Assembly: GCA_045115935.1 (NCBI GenBank)
Contig: JBGULF010000035.1
Location: forward strand, 9,162 to 73,161
DNA length: 64,000 nt
Direction: 5' to 3'
From: Anaerovoracaceae bacterium
GTDB lineage: Bacteria > Bacillota > Clostridia > Peptostreptococcales > Anaerovoracaceae
Below, in pieces: positions 14,201 to 20,570 of this stretch. The position numbers and the translations under genes are program-made. Positions within the stretch are counted from its first letter, which is position 1, and each line of letters starts with the position of its first letter. A model generated the notes under the pieces. That model did not search any database. It worked only from the letters and a program-made list of their open reading frames with translations, and had not been told where the DNA came from.

Positions 14201-14619
14201 CCGTTTGTGCTGAAATCATTGCCGAGACGTATATCATCGAGCTTTGCGCACTGAGCAAACATTCTGCTCATATCCGCACAGTTACGGGTGTCGAATGAAG
14301 AGATGTCCATCTCGCGGAGGTTCGCGCATCCTTCGAACATCGAATCCATGCGTGTGACATTTGAAGTGTCAAAACCGCTCAGATCTGCCTTGATCATCTT
14401 TCTGCAGCCCCTGAACAGTCCCGCCAGAGATGCCCCGTCAGGGAAGCTCACATCGCGTGTAGCGAGCACGGATCTGATTTCGTCTTCAAAGCCCTTCCAT
14501 GGAGCTCCTTCATCACCCAGGTCTGCAGCCAGTCCGTTGTCAATGAGGAGATTGCCGTTCTCATCGATACCCCATATGCATTCGCCCCATTTGCCTACTT
14601 TTATAAAGTTGCCTGCCAT
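8233..14619 (-). CDS. Giant (2128 aa) repeat protein: 26-residue surface-protein/BspA-type LRR + Listeria-Bacteroides repeat + 23 MBG(YGX)-like repeats
   Basis: ATG 14619 with an AAGGGA RBS. aa 55-135: DLSGFDTSNVTRMDSMFEGCANLREMDISSFDTRNCADMSRMFAQCAKL (TIGR02167/DUF285-like). aa 165-245: GY..ETP...W.F..WNSRPDGKG.....LYAIW (Flg_new-like). aa 336-2128: 23 repeats of the form YDMS.V.W.Y..PF.YDG..K.V.L.GLPEGV...Y.GN....AG.Y.A.A.......NYN.P....C.W.I.KA. No N-terminal signal peptide, no LPXTG and no C-terminal TM. Confidence 0.9.
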   Translation of the reverse strand: MAGNFIKVGKWGECIWGIDENGNLLIDNGLAADLGDEGAPWKGFEDEIRSVLATRDVSFPDGASLAGLFRGCRKMIKADLSGFDTSNVTRMDSMFEGCANLREMDISSFDTRNCADMSRMFAQCAKLDDIRLGNDFSTNGDGSTDCGRLAVKEYGKYKKAKPIAVEGFRVLYHSNFDGEAEEIVEERRTIPNAGYQIETPMFDRPDESWKFMTWNSRPDGKGAALPAGSDVKSVDRDLDLYAIWGHAPKIGEVSEPAPFSFGETIPFELPDIISVNDPEVTGYLEISATGEEGSWRPINHNAILPVSCDGYLLRLHAANSIGEAVSNAVKLSISRANIDVSGVRWAEEDDMTYDGSVKRVWLEGLPEGVVPKYKGNEGVEAGTYTSTLSFDFDQDNFNEPLIVREHEWTIRKGTYDMSQVGWVYDGPFGYDGAEHSVELKGLPEGVTASYENNSGREAGVYTARAKFSYDGSNYEKPQDVAPCVWEIKKVEIDAADLEWSGCEDFVYDGEPKKVFITNLPEDADVEYDGAEESQAGKYLARASLKGNYCLMGPAEYEWEIAKASYDMSGAAWCADTDFEYDGEMHGVQLASYPKELGVRYSGNEGRRAGEYTARVSFINPDTHNYNTPDDMTTGWSIAKKTVDMSGVRWNYDAPFTYDGEAKGVELEGLPEGVYAEYENASAYDAGIYNAHARLKFDGDNLEVASPADCRWRILKNRIDISDVRWDYSEPFEYDGNEHGIVLVNVPEGVEVEYSGNTFVEAGMYAASAVLVPTDANNYEVPEVNGCSWSIDKAEYKLPQLSWTDSSGFVYDGSEKSVSIINDLGDAVNVEYTGNTAEGAGRYFAKAIFSPVDDNNFRAPDPQGCSWGISKAQFDMSGAYWDYSEPFVYDGSPKTVSVAGLPDGVSAEYFNATETDAGAYTSTAKFSVKDPDNYEDNIPDMMLDWCIEKASFDMSEVRWQENREFSYDGDTKGIWLTGLPEGLTPEYEGSSASAAGEYTARAGFLYDEKNYNKPEVATCHWVIERTPVDISAVSWDYDESFVYDGTEKTVAVRNVPEGTMVKYSNAKASQAGTYVAAAEIIPDDMENLKKSRLEHLTWRIEKGDYDMSHVRWNYDKPFTYDGSEFRVVLKGLPEGVLPTYRGNAMRDAGKYRASVTFTAADSRNFNTPEPMELEWEIRKADYDMSGAFWDYEGEFRYNGRMHEVSLRGLPDGVRAVYSGNAAADTGSYEAAAELIPYDSYNYNQPVIESCKWQIVKADYDMSAVRWDYNNPKVFNGREQSVMLEQLPNGIKADYSGNEGKEAGRYTAKATLTVSDPANYNTPSVADCDWEIEKADYDMSAVRWDYEPGCFTYDGGRKTIELTGLPENVTAEYNENSADKAGNYIATASFATSDSNFRAPEPVRIDWSIDKADYDMSGAAWDYDGSYVFDGTPKRIQLTGIPEGVSVSYEGNTAVNAGTYRAVARFGIDTSDFNVPEEMSCEWAIEKADPDIRRLRWDYSRAFVYNGDVRSVKLEGIPGSLSVEYTGNTASAAGNYTAHAELTPKDPANYNGTSIRDCEWRIVKATYDMSGARWEGEFKSVYDGSEKSVYIAGLPEGVTPVYHGNTAVNVGSYSASADLQYDADNYNTPEMGGCEWRISKASYDMSQAAWRGITGFTFDGSEKSVYIEGLPEGVTPVYTGNTATDAGSYEASVDLQYDAENYEQPVFGGCSWNIAPAAVEVDADKVEWVYDGPYMYDGTPKSVCIATKTRQLGFFEKLRGVTPETFLAGIPEGFDVVYEGETATDAGVYYTTAKLINREPGNYTERILPPFKWEILKAPIDMSGVHWNYEGPFTFDNEEKCVELAGLPETVKVTYTDNRAVNSGEYEAMAVVEAKDPVNYEAPAPVSGCWWHIDKACYDMSEVRWNYDEEFVYDGKEKSVRLVGLPDGVRVDAYVGNKGVDAGGYTAEAKLSYKHKENFEAPSVPELRWKIAKKPLDLSEVKWNYGDDTVFVYDDKAKEVKLEGVPEDIEVVYTDNSKINAGTYTARARLIYDTRNCEAVEIPDLKWRILRAKYDTSAVHWDYEEPFEYDGTEKHITLKNVPWQIAVRYRDNRAIAPGKYTAKAYLTYDNENFETPEIDTTIVWEISGKE
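8236..13614 (-). repeat. 23 tandem degenerate coding repeats, 73-79 aa each (one of 101 aa), about 230 bp period
   Basis: Repeat boundaries counted residue by residue. They sum exactly to aa 336-2128 of the giant ORF. Confidence 0.85.
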
Positions 14620-14709
14620 TTTTCTATCCCTTTTTTATCGTTAGTGTTACCTTAAATCGTGCTGCATCGAGCACATAATCATACATAGTAGATTATACTA
14701 AATAATCAG

Positions 14710-14752
14710 TGCAAAATAAAGAAATCCGCAGACCTATTTGGAATCTGCGGAT
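14710..14752 (-). terminator. Rho-independent terminator after the met-racemase operon
   Basis: Minus strand: AUCCGCAGA-UUCCAAAUAGG-UCUGCGGAU followed by UUCUUUAUUUU, 25 nt after the racemase stop. Confidence 0.75.
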
Positions 14753-14776
14753 CTCAGATCTATATTACTTCTGTGT

Positions 14777-15481
14777 CTATCGGGTGGCTCTGACCAGTGC
14801 CTCAAACATCCTGTCAGCAGGATCTATGAGGGGCAGACCGGTCCGTCCTGCGAGTTCGTCCTTAAAGTAAGGGAAATGCGTACAGCCGAGCACTATCGCC
14901 CCGGCTCCGCATGCTTCCATGTATTTCGCCATTTCTTCAAGGCCGCATTCTTCGACTATCCTTTCAGGATCCATCCCGTCCTCTATACTGCGCACGATGG
15001 CCATGTTGCCCGTACCTATAACATATACGTCGGGGCTCGAAGCCATGAGCGCCTCCTCGATAGCATGCGCCGACAGATTATTGGCTGCCATTACTCCTAC
15101 ACGGCTGAACTCCCTGCCGAGCAACCTGTATACCTGAAGAGGTGTATAGATGCGGATGTCTTCACCCGTCTCTGCCGATTTCCTGACTGCGTAGATGTCA
15201 AAATCGAAAGATCCCGAGAGCGAGTTGCAGTAGATGAAGAAATCCCTGACGCCTTCCTCTATTGCCTCGTTGAACAGGCCGTCCATTATCGCACGTTTTT
15301 CATCGTCGTCCGAATACTGGAATCTTACCTGCGCATCGCAGTCCTCCGACACCGGGCAATACAACGGCAAGAAGCCGGGCTCTGTGCCGGCTTCCTGCGT
15401 TTTGCGTTCTATGTATTCGACACCCATCTGAGTGTCTACGGGGGTTCCCGCTATGACCGCTGTTTTGATCAAATTACTCAT
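14777..15481 (-). CDS. Asp/Glu/hydantoin racemase-family protein (two-Cys racemase)
   Basis: 234 aa. IYCNSLS and LGCTHFPY match the paired catalytic-Cys motifs of Asp/Glu racemases (cf. ACNTA / LGCTHYP). The start lies 12 nt after the metQ stop. Confidence 0.7.
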   Translation of the reverse strand: MSNLIKTAVIAGTPVDTQMGVEYIERKTQEAGTEPGFLPLYCPVSEDCDAQVRFQYSDDDEKRAIMDGLFNEAIEEGVRDFFIYCNSLSGSFDFDIYAVRKSAETGEDIRIYTPLQVYRLLGREFSRVGVMAANNLSAHAIEEALMASSPDVYVIGTGNMAIVRSIEDGMDPERIVEECGLEEMAKYMEACGAGAIVLGCTHFPYFKDELAGRTGLPLIDPADRMFEALVRATR

Positions 15482-15493
15482 TTATCGTCTGAT

Positions 15494-16318
15494 TTAGAAC
15501 TTAGGCTGAACAGCTCCGTTGTATGTGTTGAGGATGAAGTCCTTTACATCATCTGTCTGGATAGCCTTTACGAGAGCCTGTGTCTTCTCGCTGTTCTCGT
15601 TGCCTGCATTTACTACGATAACGTTTACATATGTCTCAGCAGCTTCGGAATCAGCAGCCTCGTAAGCAACTGCATCGTCTGTTGTGAGGCCTGCACCGAG
15701 TGCATAGTTTGCGTTGATAACGCCAAGTGCGAGGTCAGGAAGCGAAGCAGGGATTGTTGCAGCTTCAAGCTCAACGATCTCAATGTTCTTCGGATTATCA
15801 ACGATGTCAAGCTTTGTAGCCTCGAGTCCGACTCCGTCCTTCAGTGTGATAACGCCGTTTGCTGCGAGCAGCTGGAGAGCTCTTGCTTCGTTTGTTACGT
15901 CGTTTGGAACGCCGATCTTGTCTCCGTCAGCGAGAGCATCGAAGCTGTCCTTCTGGCCCTTGTAAGCGCCCATTGCTTCATAGTGTACGTTTGCAACAGC
16001 TACCAGGTCTGTGCCGTTTTCAGTGTTGTACTGATCGAGGTAAGGAACGTGCTGGAAGTAGTTGGCATCAACGTCGCCGTCTGTTGTAGCCACGTTAGGC
16101 TGTACATAGTCATCGAACTCGACTACTTCGAGTGTCCATCCTTCTTCTGCGAGAGCTTCCGAGATCGAATTGAGGATCTCTGCGTGAGGTGTAGGAGAAG
16201 CAGCTACCTTGATGGTCTTGTCTGCGGAATCACCGCCGCCTCCTCCGCATGCTGCGAGGATACCGAGTGAAAGCACGAGTACTGCTGCAAGAATGCTGAA
16301 TCTTTTGATGTTCTTCAT
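15494..16318 (-). CDS. metQ: Methionine ABC transporter substrate-binding lipoprotein (MetQ/NlpA family)
   Basis: 274 aa. Lipobox LGILAAC followed by a GGGGG linker, NlpA-family body, downstream of metN-metI. Confidence 0.88.
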   Translation of the reverse strand: MKNIKRFSILAAVLVLSLGILAACGGGGGDSADKTIKVAASPTPHAEILNSISEALAEEGWTLEVVEFDDYVQPNVATTDGDVDANYFQHVPYLDQYNTENGTDLVAVANVHYEAMGAYKGQKDSFDALADGDKIGVPNDVTNEARALQLLAANGVITLKDGVGLEATKLDIVDNPKNIEIVELEAATIPASLPDLALGVINANYALGAGLTTDDAVAYEAADSEAAETYVNVIVVNAGNENSEKTQALVKAIQTDDVKDFILNTYNGAVQPKF

Positions 16319-16393
16319 TGTTTTGTCCCTTTCTACTAAACAGTTATACCAGTGATATTTTTTAGCTTTTATTTATACCCTTTGGGGTCTTAA

Positions 16394-17056
16394 CTAGTTG
16401 ATGCGGTTGTCGTATTTATTGACTACCTTGATTCCGATCTCCTGGAATATCTGTACAAGTATTACCAGGAGAACTATGGTTATCCACATTATCGAAGGCT
16501 GGAATCTGTAGAGTCCGTATCTGATGGCGATCTCTCCGAGTCCTCCGGCTCCGACTATACCGGCCATTGCCGTGTAGCCGAGTATGTTGATCGTAGCTAC
16601 AGCAGCTCCGTTCAGAAGCGATGGTCTGGCTTCGAGCAGCAGCACCTTGCGGATTATCTGCAGATTGCTGGCACCCATGGCCTGTGCTGCTTCTATGACT
16701 CCCGGATCGACTTCGAGAAGCGACTGCTCCACGAGCCTTGCTACGAATGGCGCCGCTGCCACTATCAGGGCTGCTGTCGCCGCCTCCTTGCCTATGCCCG
16801 TTCCGATCAGCTTACGTATGTAAGGCATCAGGGCGATCATAAGGATGAGGAATGGTACCGATCTCAGGATGTTGACTATGAAGCCAACCACCTTGTTGTA
16901 TATTCCCAGCGGCCTTATTCCTCCCGGCGCCGTCACTATGAGTGAGACTCCTATAGGAAGACCGATGATATACGATACCACCGTACAGATGATGATCATA
17001 TACAGGGAATCCAGTGTTCCGTGTGCGAGAAGGGCTATAAGTTCATGAATATCCAC
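16394..17056 (-). CDS. metI: Methionine ABC transporter permease
   Basis: 220 aa, 5 TM, MetI-type EAA loop (EAAQAMGAS). The GTG start overlaps the metN stop by 1 nt. Confidence 0.88.
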   Translation of the reverse strand: MDIHELIALLAHGTLDSLYMIIICTVVSYIIGLPIGVSLIVTAPGGIRPLGIYNKVVGFIVNILRSVPFLILMIALMPYIRKLIGTGIGKEAATAALIVAAAPFVARLVEQSLLEVDPGVIEAAQAMGASNLQIIRKVLLLEARPSLLNGAAVATINILGYTAMAGIVGAGGLGEIAIRYGLYRFQPSIMWITIVLLVILVQIFQEIGIKVVNKYDNRIN

Positions 17057-18099
17057 TATGCCTTCACCTCCTCTTCGATTTCTTCCTCTTCGATCTCAGT
17101 GACCTCTACACCTTTTGCCTTGAGGTACTCTTTCTGTTTCTCCGCCGTCTCCTTGTCGGCTGCCAGGCATATCACCATCTGTCCTTTCTGGGATCCGCCA
17201 AGCACATCGAGGTTAGCATACAGGAAGTTCACCGGCGCCTTGAGCTCTACTATCATGTTAGCTATTATCGGCTCGCCTGCATTTGCTTCATCAAACACCA
17301 GTCTGACTCTGTTCTTCGTCGACGTCTTCGTCAGCGGTTTTTCATGGATCTGTCCGTCCGGATAGAAGAGCTTTTTCGCTGCCTTAGTCTTTGGTTTCCT
17401 GAAGATCTCCGATACCTCACCGCGCTCCACGATCTCACCGTTTTCGATTACAGCGACCTTGTTGCAGAGCTGCTTTATGACCTCCATCTCGTGGGTGATC
17501 ACCACCAGTGTGATTCCGCGCTCTTCGTTGATCTTCCTCAGCAGGCTCAGAATCGATCTTGTCGTTTTAGGGTCGAGAGCCGATGTAGCCTCGTCGCACA
17601 GGATGACTTCAGGATCGGATGCAAGCGCTCTTGCAATCGCCACTCTCTGTTTCTGGCCTCCGGAGAGCTGCGACGGATACGAGTGCGCTCTGTCTTCGAG
17701 GTCTACGACCTTGAGGAGTTCCTGAGCTTTCTCGAGTGCTTCCGCCTTCGGAACTCCCGCGATCTCCAGCGGGAAGAGTATGTTTCCGATAGCGTCTCTC
17801 TGCATCAGCAGGTTGAACTGCTGGAATATCATGGATATCTTGCGCCTGTGGATGTTGAGGTCCTTGTTTTTCAGCCCTGTAAGGGTGCTTCCGTTGAAGA
17901 TGACTTTACCCTCGGTAGGCTGTTCGAGGAGGTTTATCGTTCTGACCAGTGTCGACTTGCCCGCGCCGGAAAGACCGATTATTCCGTATGAGTCTCCTCT
18001 TTCGATGTCCAGATTGATGTCCTTCAGCGCGACCACCTTGCCGCCCTTTGTATCGAACTCCTTTGTGACCCCTTTAAGTCTTATAATGTGTTCTGCCAT
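17056..18099 (-). CDS. metN: Methionine ABC transporter ATP-binding protein with C-terminal NIL domain
   Basis: Start trimmed to ATG 18099 (AAAGGAAC RBS; MAEHIIRLKGVTKEF). Walker A GLSGAGKST, signature [15 protein letters not shown], and a NIL-type C-terminus. Confidence 0.92.
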   Translation of the reverse strand: MAEHIIRLKGVTKEFDTKGGKVVALKDINLDIERGDSYGIIGLSGAGKSTLVRTINLLEQPTEGKVIFNGSTLTGLKNKDLNIHRRKISMIFQQFNLLMQRDAIGNILFPLEIAGVPKAEALEKAQELLKVVDLEDRAHSYPSQLSGGQKQRVAIARALASDPEVILCDEATSALDPKTTRSILSLLRKINEERGITLVVITHEMEVIKQLCNKVAVIENGEIVERGEVSEIFRKPKTKAAKKLFYPDGQIHEKPLTKTSTKNRVRLVFDEANAGEPIIANMIVELKAPVNFLYANLDVLGGSQKGQMVICLAADKETAEKQKEYLKAKGVEVTEIEEEEIEEEVKA

Positions 18100-18108
18100 T
18101 CTGTTCCT

Positions 18109-18149
18109 TTCTGAAAAATAATATGGGGCAGGTCTTAACGACCTGCCCC
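18109..18149 (-). terminator. Intrinsic terminator (candidate attenuator) immediately upstream of metN
   Basis: Minus strand: GGGGCAGGUC-GUUAA-GACCUGCCCC (18149-18125), then AUAUUAUUUUU. It ends about 10 nt before the metN RBS. Confidence 0.8.
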
Positions 18150-18208
18150 GGCATCTCACACATGAGAAATATACACAGTTTCCGGATTCGTTATGACCTT
18201 ATCCTATG

Positions 18209-18274
18209 CTATTCATCGGCTCTGCACATGCACATGCCCATCATTCCCATTTCCATCATCATGTTTCTTGTCAT
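18209..18274 (-). CDS. Met-codon-rich leader peptide (21 aa) of the metNIQ operon
   Basis: AAAGGAG-9nt-ATG(18274) ACA AGA AAC ATG ATG ATG GAA ATG GGA ATG ATG GGC ATG TGC ATG TGC AGA GCC GAT GAA TAG(18209) = MTRNMMMEMGMMGMCMCRADE. 9 of 21 codons are ATG and 2 are Cys. Confidence 0.6.
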   Translation of the reverse strand: MTRNMMMEMGMMGMCMCRADE

Positions 18275-18311
18275 GTGAATGTGCTCCTTTCATAGAATAA
18301 GTTCAGTTGCT

Positions 18312-18340
18312 AATATAGCAACAATTACTTGTGTTGTCAA
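18312..18340 (-). promoter_or_regulatory. Sigma-A-type promoter of the leader-metNIQ-racemase operon
   Basis: Minus strand: TTGACA (18340-18335), 17-nt spacer, TATATT (18317-18312), about 35 nt upstream of the leader ORF. Confidence 0.6.
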
Positions 18341-18382
18341 CTAATATACTTTTGGTTTTTTGTTGTTTTCCACAAAGTGCAT

Positions 18383-18955
18383 TTATTTTTCATCAGCAAG
18401 TGTTCCACCTGCTTCTCTGATCTCCTGTCTTATCAGCTTATATGCTTCCTTCATCTCATCCATGCTGCTGAAAGCATGCAGAGGCACAGGCATTATCATC
18501 GTGTCGCTCATCCATACGTAGATCGCTTCTTCTGTGAGGTCGACCTGCTTGATGTCCTTATAGTCGAACGACTGGTGGTCTTCTCCCGCATCCGTGATGA
18601 GAGCATCATCGCCTATTGTGATCACATTCTCCACTGCGTGGACTCTCTCAATGGTATCCGTTGAATTTTTAATGGCTTTATCCTGCTGTCTGAGCAGTAT
18701 TCTTTCCGCAAAAATCGGTCCGCCGATACCGATAACAGCCGCGACTGCATAGGCGATCATGGTGAACTGATGATCTGCATGGAATATTGTGAAAAGTCCG
18801 GCTATGCAGATACCGCTGATCAGATATGTCAGTCTCTGCCTGTTTACCAGTTTACGTCCGCCCTCAGTATAGAGGATACGGTAGCGGCCGAACGCTATAT
18901 AATCATCATCTGTAAGTATAAACTTAATTACTCTTGGGTTCTTTTTGGTTGCCAT
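18383..18955 (-). CDS. YcxB-like membrane protein
   Basis: Start trimmed to ATG 18955 (AAGGAGA RBS; MATKKNPRVIKF...). Two central TM helices flanked by soluble halves, as in YcxB/DUF-type proteins. Confidence 0.5.
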   Translation of the reverse strand: MATKKNPRVIKFILTDDDYIAFGRYRILYTEGGRKLVNRQRLTYLISGICIAGLFTIFHADHQFTMIAYAVAAVIGIGGPIFAERILLRQQDKAIKNSTDTIERVHAVENVITIGDDALITDAGEDHQSFDYKDIKQVDLTEEAIYVWMSDTMIMPVPLHAFSSMDEMKEAYKLIRQEIREAGGTLADEK

Positions 18956-19122
18956 CTCTGTCTCCTTATTATGCCGGCAGCTCAAGCCGGCGCATTCACG
19001 GTTAACAGTATATCACATGCAGGGCTGTCGTGGTTTTAATTTACGTGCAAAAACAGTATAATTACTTGATTGGGTTAAGAGAAAAAGTTGCTCATTCGGA
19101 TTGACAAAGAGGGGATAAAGAT

Positions 19123-20124
19123 ATGACTACAGTTGCATTTATCGGCGGAGGAAGCTTTGGTACGGCTCTTTCCACAGTGCTTGCAGGAAAAGGCTGCAGG
19201 ATCAACATCTTTGATATCGACCAGGATCATCTTGCCCGCATGGCAGCAGACATGGAAAACAAGGATTATCTTCCGGGCGTAAAGCTCGAAGGTGATTACC
19301 ATTTCTGCAAGACAAACGAAGAAGCTCTGAAAGAAGCTGAATTCGTCATCTTCGCCCTTCCGGCACAGCATGTGAGAAGCGCCATAAAATCGGCCGTTCC
19401 TTTCATCCGTGAAGACGCGATCATCACCTGCATCTCCAAAGGCCTTGAGCAGAAAACGCACAAAAGGATGTCTGAGGTCATAGGCGAATACTTCGATCTC
19501 GACAGATATGTTTGCATCAGCGGTCCTTCGCACGCCGAGGAAGTCGGCATTGGCGTCCCTACGGTCGTAGCGATGTCATCGAGGAAGGAATCCACTGCAA
19601 TAGCCATGGCAGAGCTCTTCAGCACAAACAAATTCAGAGTCTATCTGAATGACGACATGAAGGGCATGGAGCTCGCAGCTTCGCTCAAGAACGTTCTCGC
19701 AGTAGGCTCGGGAATCGCCAACGGAGCCGGCTATGGAGACAACACTCTGGCAGCCATGCTTACTATAGGCTGTGCGGAAGCGACATCACTCGGAGTTAAA
19801 ATGGGAGCAAGGCCTTCGACTTTCTTCGGACTCGCAGGAATCGGCGACATGATCGTAACATGCACGAGCATCCACTCCAGAAATTTCCGCTGCGGCAGGC
19901 TTCTCGGAAAGGGCTATAAGCCTGAGGACGCAATAAAGGAAATCGGCATGGTATCCGAGGGAATGTACACGGCAGAAGTCGCGAAGGAGCTCTCTGAGCA
20001 GATGGGCATTGATATGCCGATCTTCAACGCCATCTACGACGTCATCAACGGCAAGATCACCGTACAGGACGCGATGGAAGATCTCATGTGCAGACCGATC
20101 GGACGCGAGGCAGATTACCTCTAG
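19123..20124 (+). CDS. gpsA: NAD(P)H-dependent glycerol-3-phosphate dehydrogenase
   Basis: 333 aa. N-terminal IGGGSFGTAL Rossmann motif and a GpsA-type C-terminal domain (NFRCGRLLGKG, MVSEGMYT). Confidence 0.93.
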   Translation: MTTVAFIGGGSFGTALSTVLAGKGCRINIFDIDQDHLARMAADMENKDYLPGVKLEGDYHFCKTNEEALKEAEFVIFALPAQHVRSAIKSAVPFIREDAIITCISKGLEQKTHKRMSEVIGEYFDLDRYVCISGPSHAEEVGIGVPTVVAMSSRKESTAIAMAELFSTNKFRVYLNDDMKGMELAASLKNVLAVGSGIANGAGYGDNTLAAMLTIGCAEATSLGVKMGARPSTFFGLAGIGDMIVTCTSIHSRNFRCGRLLGKGYKPEDAIKEIGMVSEGMYTAEVAKELSEQMGIDMPIFNAIYDVINGKITVQDAMEDLMCRPIGREADYL

Positions 20125-20183
20125 ACCATTCCATCATAATCAAATATAATGAACAACGCCGGGCTCATGCCCGGCGTAAATAT

Positions 20184-20259
20184 GCGCTCGTAGCTCAGTG
20201 GATAGAGTGTCTCACTCCGAATGAGAAGGCCGCGGGTTCGATCCCCGCCGGGCGCACCA
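20184..20259 (+). tRNA. tRNA-Arg (anticodon CCG), encoded CCA end
   Basis: Cloverleaf folded by hand. Acceptor GCGCTCG/CGGGCGC, D arm GCTC-AGTGGATA-GAGT, anticodon arm TCTCA-CTCCGAA-TGAGA, T arm GCGGG-TTCGATC-CCCGC, then A-CCA. 76 nt. Confidence 0.92.
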
Positions 20260-20353
20260 ACAAACTTAAACGGCAGACCCGTTGGAATTACAGTATTCTG
20301 ACGAGTGCGTTTTTCATTTTACCCCAATTTACCCCAATTGATTTTTTAGCAAA

Positions 20354-20408
20354 AACGCGAACCTTAGAGTACTAAAATTCTCTACGCTCGCGTTGCTGTT
20401 TTTTTATT
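20354..20408 (+). terminator. Probable terminator after gpsA-tRNA
   Basis: Imperfect hairpin AACGCGAACCTTAGAG...CTCTACGCTCGCGTT followed by GCTGTTTTTTTATT. Confidence 0.5.
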
Positions 20409-20502
20409 AACTTGACTCCTGATTAAGTTGTTTTTTCTACATATTTAATAGCACATGTTCAATTTGTTTCTCTGTATAGTACGGCATATGTCGTTCCTCC
20501 TT

Positions 20503-20545
20503 CCAAATAAAAGAGGCTGCCACACTATTTTTGTGCGACAGCCTC
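20503..20545 (-). terminator. Rho-independent terminator after the flavoprotein gene
   Basis: Minus strand: GAGGCUGUCGCAC-AAAAAUA-GUGUGGCAGCCUC (13 bp with two G-U pairs), then UUUUAUUU, 25 nt after the stop at 20571. Confidence 0.8.
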
Positions 20546-20570
20546 ATATCTGTTCCTCTGTACTGTTATC

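Noticed and set aside
14738-16270. 510-aa plus-strand ORF, the longest plus-strand ORF in the track
   Set aside because: It lies entirely antisense to the racemase and metQ genes, both of which have clear family motifs, RBSs and a lipobox. Its translation is Cys/Val/Arg-rich low-complexity sequence with no recognisable motif and no RBS. It is a shadow ORF.
18101-18208. Explicit antiterminator structure for the met leader
   Set aside because: Only weak candidates were found by hand: a 5-bp UCCGG/CCGGG helix and an 8-bp helix with four G-U pairs. I do not annotate one, so the mechanism remains open.
18100-18340. Expected SAM (S-box) riboswitch or Met T-box upstream of metN
   Set aside because: I looked on the minus strand for the S-box core (CUUAUCAAGAG...GGUGCUAA...) and the T-box motif (AANNNGGGUGGUACCGCG). 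Neither is present, and the interval is also too short (about 175 nt, of which 66 nt are the leader ORF). cmsearch should confirm this.
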